Below, piece after piece: positions 47,260 through 54,007 of a stretch of DNA of 54,007 nt (its first letter is position 1; each line of letters opens with the position of its first letter). The stretch comes from Candidatus Portnoybacteria bacterium (GTDB lineage Bacteria > Patescibacteriota > Minisyncoccia > Portnoybacterales > GWB1-42-6), in contig JACQXN010000001.1 in NCBI GenBank assembly GCA_016208745.1, positions 1 through 54,007 on the forward strand. Reading direction: 5' to 3'. Both the position numbers and the translations under genes were made by a program. The notes under the pieces were generated by a model. The model searched no databases. It had not been told where the DNA came from and saw only the letters and a list, made by a program, of their open reading frames with translations.

Positions 47260-48456
47260 ATGGAACAGGAAGAATTGGATTTAATGCGCAAAGAAGGCAA
47301 GGAATGGACGGCCAGAGAGTTGATTGAAGGCTCTGGCGGGGTACTGGATAATTTTATCTTGCGAGAGATTGTCGAATGTTCCTCTTCTCCGAAAGCAGCT
47401 GACGAATATATTAAATTGCTCGGCTGGCCGAACAATGTGGCAAAAAAAGTTAGGAACGCGAGCCGATTAAAATTCAAGTTTCCCAAACAATGGGAACTCT
47501 TCAAGGAAAGTTCGGTTCGCCCAGTTGAAATTTTTTCTTTTTGCCAGATAGCTACACCATTTTTATTTAAACACGGGGTCGAGATAAGCGACGGAATAGT
47601 TTTTGAAAAAGCCACACGAAGTTTCAAGCATTGGCCGTTATTACTTCGAGATTTTCGATGCTATGCGCCCAGATGTTCGTCGCTGGACGGCGAATATAAA
47701 AAAGAAAAAGCTACTACAACGAAAAGAATCGATGGACTTACTTTTCGCATGGATCACAATCTAATTAACCATGACTATACTACTATTCTAAATTGCGAGC
47801 TAGGATCAATGGGCGCACTTATTTTCTGTAAAGACAATTTTCTGCGCATTGAAAGCAAGCATTTTATCGCTCTTAGCTGTTCTTCTTTTTTCTATGAACC
47901 GTGGGCACCAGGAGAAACCGCCTTCCCCGTTTGGAGAAAAGTTATCCAAATTCAAGAGAAAAAACCGGCTGCTTTTTATTTGGACAGGATAAGGATTAAC
48001 GTAAGACAAGATAATATCCCGCCTTATACTTATCCGGATATTGGCGAATTGGTTTTTGAAAGAATAATACCTGTGTCTTCAAAATATGAAGCTGTGTTCA
48101 CTGTTGTGTATAAAATTCATGATATGATCAGCGAGCGATTAGCTCCTTTGTATTGTGTAAGAAGCAAACAATATCGATCTTTAGTCTACAGCATTCACCC
48201 GATTGTTTATAGAAACAAGAATCCAAATAGTCCGTTTATACTTTTTAATGAAGCTTTCTCTTCTAATGAAACATTTGACAGCAAGGCTTATTCTTTCGCT
48301 GCGGAAAACCTTAAGGATCTCTGTGAGCATTTCTATAGCAACGATCCGGTCGATGAAAGATTTTCAATCCACGCTGTTATTGGCGATGTGTTCTTTGCTC
48401 AAGAACCAAAGACTTTAATTGATCTTTTGCTCTCGGCAAAATCATCAAGTAACTAA
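47260..48456 (+). CDS. Hypothetical protein (398 aa)
   Basis: Long ORF; no recognisable motif. Confidence 0.6.
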   Translation: MEQEELDLMRKEGKEWTARELIEGSGGVLDNFILREIVECSSSPKAADEYIKLLGWPNNVAKKVRNASRLKFKFPKQWELFKESSVRPVEIFSFCQIATPFLFKHGVEISDGIVFEKATRSFKHWPLLLRDFRCYAPRCSSLDGEYKKEKATTTKRIDGLTFRMDHNLINHDYTTILNCELGSMGALIFCKDNFLRIESKHFIALSCSSFFYEPWAPGETAFPVWRKVIQIQEKKPAAFYLDRIRINVRQDNIPPYTYPDIGELVFERIIPVSSKYEAVFTVVYKIHDMISERLAPLYCVRSKQYRSLVYSIHPIVYRNKNPNSPFILFNEAFSSNETFDSKAYSFAAENLKDLCEHFYSNDPVDERFSIHAVIGDVFFAQEPKTLIDLLLSAKSSSN

Positions 48457-48466
48457 CAATTCCGAT

Positions 48467-48495
48467 GGACGAAATCAAAATTTCGTCCATTTTTT
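48467..48495 (+). terminator. Rho-independent terminator
   Basis: 'atggacgaaat caaa atttcgtccat' followed by a T-run. Confidence 0.75.
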
Positions 48496-48597
48496 TATTC
48501 TCAATAAATATATCATCAAAATATTGACCACTATCCTTATATCGTGATAATCTTATAAATAAGTGAATTTGCCCTGTTTATTTTTCTTTCTTAAACA

Positions 48598-48963
48598 ATG
48601 AGCTTTATTATAAGAATTTTAGCTAATTCTTTGGCGATTTATTTGATCGCCTATTTAATTAAGGGGGTTGATTTTGATGGCGGCTGGAAAATGCTGCTTT
48701 TAGCCGGCTTTGTCCTTTCGCTAATTAACATCGTCATAAAACCGATTGTCAAATTTATTTCTTTGCCTTTAATTATTTTAACTTTTGGCGTTTTTTCATT
48801 AGTTATAAATATTTTAATGCTTTGGCTGCTGACAAAAATAATTCCGGATTTAAGCATCAGCGGAATAATGGCTTTTATCTGGTCAACTATTATTGTCAGC
48901 GCGGTCAATATTATAATTAATTGGCTGGCCAAAAAACCATCGTCAAACAATAATATACACTAA
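48598..48963 (+). CDS. DUF360/phage-holin-family-4-like small membrane protein
   Basis: 4 TM helices. 'LANSLAIYLIAYLI..FGVFSLVINILMLWLL' resembles the YvlD/holin-4 family. Confidence 0.6.
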   Translation: MSFIIRILANSLAIYLIAYLIKGVDFDGGWKMLLLAGFVLSLINIVIKPIVKFISLPLIILTFGVFSLVINILMLWLLTKIIPDLSISGIMAFIWSTIIVSAVNIIINWLAKKPSSNNNIH

Positions 48964-49004
48964 TTCGTATAGGCGTATTTGCGTGAATTTACGCCATTCG
49001 GATG
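48962..49004. repeat. Family D repeat copy D3 (overlaps secG 5' region)
   Basis: 'aattcgtataggcgtatttgcgtgaatttacgccattcggatgc'. Confidence 0.7.
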
Positions 49005-49012
49005 CAATCAAT

Positions 49013-49234
49013 ATGCTTAAAACTATAATCGAAATTTCACAAATTATTATTTCTGTTATATTAATAACCGTTGTTTTGCTTCAGCAACGCGGCTCCGGCT
49101 CCTCGGCTATTATGGGCGGCGGCGGTGCTTCTTATTACACAAAACGCGGTTTTGAAAAAGTCCTTTATATATTAACTATTATTTTAGGCGCCTTATTTTT
49201 GGTTACCGCCTTGGTTAATATTGCAATCCATTAA
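49013..49234 (+). CDS. secG: Preprotein translocase subunit SecG
   Basis: 'ISVILITVVLLQQRGSGSSAIMGGGGASYYTKRGFEKVLYILTIILGALFLV'. Start taken at the internal Met 'MLKTII', because the track's upstream extension lies inside a repeat. Confidence 0.75.
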   Translation: MLKTIIEISQIIISVILITVVLLQQRGSGSSAIMGGGGASYYTKRGFEKVLYILTIILGALFLVTALVNIAIH

Positions 49235-49238
49235 TTAT

Positions 49239-49284
49239 TATTCGTATGTGCGTAATTTGGATGAATTTGCGCTATTCGGATACT
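49239..49284. repeat. Family D repeat copy D4
   Basis: 'ttattcgtatgtgcgtaatttggatgaatttgcgctattcggatac'. Confidence 0.75.
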
Positions 49285-51024
49285 GCTATTTTTACTCATC
49301 TTAAAAACTTCTTCTCTTTTTTCGGAAATATTGCCTGGCCCTCCTCTTATCAATGGACTCAGTTTTTTAAAGTTGTAAGCAAAAGAGAGCGTAATTTATT
49401 TTTCGTTTTTTTATTTTTTACCATCGCTTCTTTAGTTTTTATTGGCGCAAGATATTATCTTGGCAACACAGAGGTCGCCCCAGCCAAAGGCGGCAGCTAT
49501 ACCGAAGGCATTATCGGTTCGCCAAGATATTTAAATCCGATTCTTGCACAAACAAATGACGCTGACCGTGATATAGTCCGTATTATTTTTGCCAGCCTCT
49601 TAAAGTATGACGGGCAAGGCAATCTTATCAATGATTTAGCCGAAAGCTATACTATTGGAAATAACGGAAAAATATACGAGGTCAAAATTAAACAGAACGC
49701 CTTTTGGCATGATGGCCAAAAGCTGACCAGCGATGATGTGGTCTTTACAATCAAGGCTATTCAACAGCCTGAATATCAAAGCCCCCTAAGAATCAATTGG
49801 CAGGGCGTGGAAGTTGAAAAAATAGATGATTTAAATGTTCGTTTTAAGCTAAAAAATGCTTATGCTCCCTTTTTATACAATCTAACTTTTGGTGTTTTGC
49901 CAAAACATATCTGGCAGGATGTCGCCACAACTGATTTTCATTTAAGCGAACAAAATTTAAAACCGATTGGCTCGGGACCTTATGTTTTTAAAAAACTGGA
50001 GAGAAATAAAGACGGCCTGATTAAAATAATTGAGCTGGAAGCATTTAACAAATATCACAACGACGGACCTTATCTTAAAAACATTAACCTTAAGTTTTAT
50101 CCAGACGAAGAAAGCGCTATCGATGCTTGGCAAAAATCAGAAATTCAAGGGATAAATTTTATTTCTCCAAAAAATCAATCCAGAATAAAAAATCAACAAA
50201 CAGGATTAAATATCTATTCCCTAACCCTGCCAAGATACTTTGCGCTTTTTATAAATCAGACGCAAAACAAGGCCTTGGCTGATAAAAATGTCAGACAGGC
50301 GCTGGCGCACGCGATAGATAAAGACAGTTTGCTTACTGAGGTTTTGGATGGAGCAGGGAAAAAAGTTGACTCGCCTGTTCTTGAAGGCATGATTGGCTAT
50401 TCAGACCAGACAAAGATTTATGAATTTGACCTAGAAAAAGCAAAAAACATTCTTGACGAAGCCGGCTGGAAAGACGCCAATAATGATGGCTTCAGGGAAA
50501 AAGCCGAAACGAATTTAGAGTTTTCTTTAGTCACAATTCCTTGGACAGAATTTTCCCAAACCGCGGATTTGCTTAAAAAAAACTGGGAGGCAATCGGCGC
50601 CAAAGTTAGCATTGAAACCAAAGACGCGACCAGCCTTCAGCAGGAAAATATTCGCCCGCGCCAATACCAAATGCTTCTTTTTGGAGAACTTTTAAATATT
50701 GATCCCGATCCTTTTTCTTTCTGGCATTCCACCCAAACCAAAGACCCGGGCTTAAATCTGGCGCTTTACGAAAATGCCCAAGTGGACGCTATTTTGCAAG
50801 ACGCTAGGCAAGATCTTGATCCTGTCTCAAGAGCTAATAAATATCAGCAATTCAGCCAAATTATTACAGAGGACTTGCCGGCCATTTTCCTTTATACGCC
50901 AGATTATCTCTACCCTATTTTAAATAAATTCAAGGGCGTTGATTTAAAAATTCTCGTTATGCCCTCAGACCGCTTTTCGCAAATAGAAAAATGGTATAGC
51001 GAAACAGCGAGAGTCTGGAAATAG
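49246..51024 (+). CDS. ABC transporter substrate-binding protein, family 5 (oligopeptide/dipeptide/nickel type); start uncertain
   Basis: N-terminal TM anchor 'LFFVFLFFTIASLVFIG'. Family-5 SBP-like body ('GGSYTEGIIGSPRYLNP', 'PVGSGPY'). The track start lies inside repeat D4, so the true start is probably downstream. Confidence 0.7.
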   Translation: MCVIWMNLRYSDTAIFTHLKNFFSFFGNIAWPSSYQWTQFFKVVSKRERNLFFVFLFFTIASLVFIGARYYLGNTEVAPAKGGSYTEGIIGSPRYLNPILAQTNDADRDIVRIIFASLLKYDGQGNLINDLAESYTIGNNGKIYEVKIKQNAFWHDGQKLTSDDVVFTIKAIQQPEYQSPLRINWQGVEVEKIDDLNVRFKLKNAYAPFLYNLTFGVLPKHIWQDVATTDFHLSEQNLKPIGSGPYVFKKLERNKDGLIKIIELEAFNKYHNDGPYLKNINLKFYPDEESAIDAWQKSEIQGINFISPKNQSRIKNQQTGLNIYSLTLPRYFALFINQTQNKALADKNVRQALAHAIDKDSLLTEVLDGAGKKVDSPVLEGMIGYSDQTKIYEFDLEKAKNILDEAGWKDANNDGFREKAETNLEFSLVTIPWTEFSQTADLLKKNWEAIGAKVSIETKDATSLQQENIRPRQYQMLLFGELLNIDPDPFSFWHSTQTKDPGLNLALYENAQVDAILQDARQDLDPVSRANKYQQFSQIITEDLPAIFLYTPDYLYPILNKFKGVDLKILVMPSDRFSQIEKWYSETARVWK

Positions 51025-51150
51025 AAATCCAAATTCCAAAATCCAAATTATTCCAAATCAAATCCAAAGCTCAAAATCCAAAATAATTAATTTAGTCATT
51101 TGGATTTGGGATTTGATTTGACATTTGAAATTTGGATTTTGAAATTATTC
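51017..51150. repeat. ~130-bp imperfect palindrome built from 'aaatccaaa'/'tttggattt' oligo repeats
   Basis: Left arm rich in 'aaatccaaa', right arm in 'tttggattt', centred on 'taattaatttag'. Intergenic between the SBP and PGI genes. Confidence 0.7.
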
Positions 51151-51151
51151 A

Positions 51152-51955
51152 ATGATTAGTCTCCAACAAAATTCCGGCCTTCCAATTATTCTAAACGACA
51201 AAGGATCTTTAGAATTTAAGCCACCGCTTGAGCCAGTTTTGCCGTCAGTTAGAAAAATTTCTGATATGCGGGAGTATTTGGCAAATCCGAAAGCAGATTT
51301 TGCTGGTGAAGATGTTTATTTTATGTATCGTGGCGTCTTTCTACCTCAAGACAAAAAAAAATTTGAAAAATTGCATCTCCGCTATGATTTAACAATTCTA
51401 AAACCCGGCTTAATCGGCAAAGAATTCGTAAAAACAATCGGCCATTTCCATCCCAAAAAACCGGGCACAGAAACCAGATATCCGGAAGTCTACGAAGTCA
51501 TTTCAGGCCAGGCGTTATTTTTAATTCAGAAGATGGACGAAGAATTTAATCAAATCAACGAAGTTTATTTTATTGAAGCGAAAGAAACCCAAAAAGCAAT
51601 CATCCCGCCAGGCTTTGGCCATGTAACCTGCAACATTGGAAAAGAACCGTTGGTTATGGCTAATTGGGTAGAGAATTCGTTTGAATCAATTTACGAGCCA
51701 TTTAAAAAATTCCACGGCGCAGCATATTATTTTACGGCTGGCAAAGACGGCAAACTAGAAATTATTCCAAATAAAAACTTTCCTTCTCTGCCTGAAATTA
51801 ATAAACTAGAACCGAGAGACCTGTCTGAATTTGGACTTGTAAAATCCGAACCTATGTATAAAACTGGACAAAAATCACCGGATATGCTACAATTTATCAT
51901 CTCTCCAGAACTCTATCTAAATAAGCTAACTATTGATCTCTGTTTTAAAAAATAA
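51152..51955 (+). CDS. pgi: Cupin-type (archaeal-type) glucose-6-phosphate isomerase
   Basis: Signature 'TIGHFHPKKPGTETRYPEVYEVISG' (TxGHxHx..E..Y) and 'IIPPGFGHVTCN' metal/active-site motifs of the cupin PGI family. Confidence 0.75.
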   Translation: MISLQQNSGLPIILNDKGSLEFKPPLEPVLPSVRKISDMREYLANPKADFAGEDVYFMYRGVFLPQDKKKFEKLHLRYDLTILKPGLIGKEFVKTIGHFHPKKPGTETRYPEVYEVISGQALFLIQKMDEEFNQINEVYFIEAKETQKAIIPPGFGHVTCNIGKEPLVMANWVENSFESIYEPFKKFHGAAYYFTAGKDGKLEIIPNKNFPSLPEINKLEPRDLSEFGLVKSEPMYKTGQKSPDMLQFIISPELYLNKLTIDLCFKK

Positions 51956-52059
51956 TTAGAAACTATCTGGCAAGTCCCTTTTTGCTATAATTTCGTAATC
52001 TTGGCTATAAAAAGACTTGCTAAATAATTTCTGCGAGATAGGAGGCTCTTTAGTTTTGT

Positions 52060-53514
52060 ATGGCAAATTCCAGCAAAAGCTATCTTTTTGGAGTTGTTTT
52101 GGCCGGCGGAAATGGCAGCCGCCTTTGGCCAGTTTCAAGGGAGCTTTTTCCCAAGCACCTTCTTTCTATAAATGATGCCCAGAGCCTACTTCAGGCAACC
52201 GTTACCAGAATAGAAAAATTGATTCCCCCGCGGAATATATCTATTGTTACCAATCAAAAGCATCTTCCTGATATAAAAACTCAGCTAAATTTTTTTGAAC
52301 GCAGCCAGAAAGGAATGGCCTTGGAACAATTAATCTCCGAGCCCTGCGGACGTAATACCGCGCCGGCTATTGCTTTGGCGGCGATGCGTCTTTATTTGGA
52401 AAATCCCGAGTCAATAATGATTGTTTTGCCTTCGGATCATTTAATTCAAGAAGAAGAAAAATTTTTAGAACTGCTAAAATATAGTCTTCAAATAGCCGTT
52501 AAAGGATACCTCGTCACTTTTGGAATAGTTCCCAGCTCCCCGGAAACCGGTTATGGTTATATAAAAAAGGGGGAACTCATTGCGCAACAAGCAAATAAGA
52601 AAGCTTATCTGGCAGATGGTTTTTTTGAAAAACCAAACCAAGAATTGGCTAAAGAATATTTAGATTCAGGTCAATATTTTTGGAATTCTGGCATCTTTGT
52701 TTGGAAGACAAAAGAAATTTTGAGGGCGATAAAGATTTTTTTACCGGATGTTTTCGGGACGATTTCTGAAATATCAACGCTAGAGCTTCAAGGAGATAAA
52801 AATGCGCAGATTGAAGAAATTTATCAAAATCTCGAACCTATTTCTATTGATAAGGGATGCTTGGAAAAATCAGATAAGATTGTCGTGATTCCGGCGCAAA
52901 TCAATTGGAACGATATCGGTTCTTGGGATAAAATTCTTCAAGTTTTGCCAAAAGATGGAAAAGGAAATTTCATTAAAGAAGGCGCCATCAATGTAGGTTG
53001 TGAAAATTCGCTTATCTTAAGCAACGAACGCTTAACAGCGGCTATTGGGCTAAAAGATATTGCTGTTGTAGATACAAAAGACGCTCTTTTAATATGCCAT
53101 TTGCCAGAGGCGCAAAAAGTAAGAAATGTTTTCAATGACCTTTTGGAAAAACAGGCGACAGAAGCGATTGAACCAAAAAGCTCTATCCGGCCATGGGGTC
53201 AATGGAGCATTATTGAAGAAGGATTGGGCTATAAAATAAAAAAAATCATAGTTAATCCCGGCCAATCTTTGAGCCTGCAGGCGCATAAACACCGGTCTGA
53301 ATATTGGATTATTACACAAGGCCGGGCCGAAATCGAAAAAGACGAAGATTTAATTTTCCTCAACAAAAACCAAACTATTTTTTTGCCTCTGGGCTGTTGC
53401 CATCGCTTATCTAATCCCGGACAAGATATTCTGGAAATTATTGAAATCCAAACCGGCGATTATTTAGGAGAAGACGACATTGTCAGGTTTCAAGATAGAT
53501 ACGGACGGACATAG
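52060..53514 (+). CDS. manC: Mannose-1-phosphate guanylyltransferase / mannose-6-phosphate isomerase (type II PMI-GMP, ManC/CpsB)
   Basis: N-terminal nucleotidyltransferase 'GVVLAGGNGSRLWPVSRELFPKHL'. C-terminal cupin PMI domain 'GQSLSLQAHKHRSEYWIITQGRAEIEKDED'. Confidence 0.9.
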   Translation: MANSSKSYLFGVVLAGGNGSRLWPVSRELFPKHLLSINDAQSLLQATVTRIEKLIPPRNISIVTNQKHLPDIKTQLNFFERSQKGMALEQLISEPCGRNTAPAIALAAMRLYLENPESIMIVLPSDHLIQEEEKFLELLKYSLQIAVKGYLVTFGIVPSSPETGYGYIKKGELIAQQANKKAYLADGFFEKPNQELAKEYLDSGQYFWNSGIFVWKTKEILRAIKIFLPDVFGTISEISTLELQGDKNAQIEEIYQNLEPISIDKGCLEKSDKIVVIPAQINWNDIGSWDKILQVLPKDGKGNFIKEGAINVGCENSLILSNERLTAAIGLKDIAVVDTKDALLICHLPEAQKVRNVFNDLLEKQATEAIEPKSSIRPWGQWSIIEEGLGYKIKKIIVNPGQSLSLQAHKHRSEYWIITQGRAEIEKDEDLIFLNKNQTIFLPLGCCHRLSNPGQDILEIIEIQTGDYLGEDDIVRFQDRYGRT

Positions 53515-53568
53515 CTATTTTCCCTCTCTTTTTCAAAGAGGAGGAACGATAAAAATTAACAAAGTTAT

Positions 53569-53652
53569 GGGCGAGTGGCGGAACTGGCAGACGCGCACGG
53601 TTCAGGGCCGTGTGGTAGTAATACCATGGAGGTTCAAGTCCTCTCTCGCCCA
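53569..53652 (+). tRNA. tRNA-Leu (anticodon CAG), type II
   Basis: Acceptor GGGCGAG/CTCGCCC. Anticodon stem CACGG/CCGTG with loop TTCAGGG. Long variable arm TGGTA..TACCA. T-arm GGAGGTTCAAGTCCTCT. Discriminator A; CCA not encoded. Confidence 0.8.
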
Positions 53653-53780
53653 CAACATTAACTAAACTAAAAGTTAAAAATGAAAAACTAAAAATTTAGG
53701 TATCAAAATTTTTAAATTTTGATAAATTTTAGATTTACCTTGTCGTTTTTCCTTTTTCAATTTTACTTTTTAAATTTTAT

Positions 53781-54007
53781 ATGATTACTCAAACGACTAA
53801 ACGCCGCTCGCAAAGAGCCGGCGCAAAACAACAAAATAAAATAAAACAACCAGACTCATTAAAAATCATACCGCTTGGCGGACAAGAAGAAGTCGGTCGC
53901 AATATGACGGTTTTTGAATATGGCAACGATATTATAATCTTGGATATGGGCATTCAATTTCCCGAAGAGGATATGCCCGGCATTGATTATATTATTCCCA
54001 ATATTGA
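53781..54007 (+). CDS. rnj: Ribonuclease J (metallo-beta-lactamase family), 5' partial at window end
   Basis: 'LKIIPLGGQEEVGRNMTVFEYGNDIIILDMGIQFPEEDMPGIDYIIPNI' is the RNase J N-terminus. Confidence 0.8.
   Translation, partial: MITQTTKRRSQRAGAKQQNKIKQPDSLKIIPLGGQEEVGRNMTVFEYGNDIIILDMGIQFPEEDMPGIDYIIPNI

Noticed and set aside
49246-49300. Track start codon of the SBP gene (49246) and of secG (48983)
   Set aside because: Both lie inside family-D repeat copies. The true starts are probably the next downstream Met codons, so coordinates are flagged as uncertain rather than treated as N-terminal extensions.
53480-53665. 61-aa ORF
   Set aside because: Overlaps tRNA-Leu(CAG) entirely.

Overview
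This 54-kb window is a gene-dense, low-GC bacterial chromosomal segment. Gene content and compactness suggest a small-genome uncultured lineage (CPR/Patescibacteria-like); this is inference only. Housekeeping content: dnaG-rpoD, groES-groEL with an upstream CIRCE operator, uvrA, a short uvrC-like gene, secG, htpX, a cupin-type PGI, manC, RNase J (5' partial), and tRNA-Asn(GTT), tRNA-Ser(GGA) and tRNA-Leu(CAG). Accessory content: (i) a ~4-kb AT-rich integrative island at the 3' end of tRNA-Ser, bounded by a direct repeat of the tRNA 3' end, carrying a large serine recombinase, an XRE regulator and a 603-aa radical-SAM fusion protein; (ii) two small GIY-YIG nuclease genes, each sitting between an intact tRNA and a degenerate duplicate of that tRNA's end, plus a DUF559 endonuclease-like gene flanked by split halves of a dispersed repeat; (iii) at least four families of GC-rich structured mini-repeats (REP/MITE-like), four copies of which lie in-frame inside uvrA and uvrC (Rickettsia-RPE-like); (iv) a 7-gene operon AcpS-FkbH-ACP-MaoC-SDR-MBOAT-DltD-like, a Dlt-type envelope acylation machine in which the D-Ala ligase is replaced by an FkbH glyceryl-ACP loader; (v) an envelope-stress cluster (small membrane protein-PspA-NfeD-flotillin), an ECF sigma with a downstream membrane cupredoxin-like protein, and a FIST/HK/dual-REC two-component set. 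All coordinates and calls were made by eye from the sequence and the ORF track; no searches were run.
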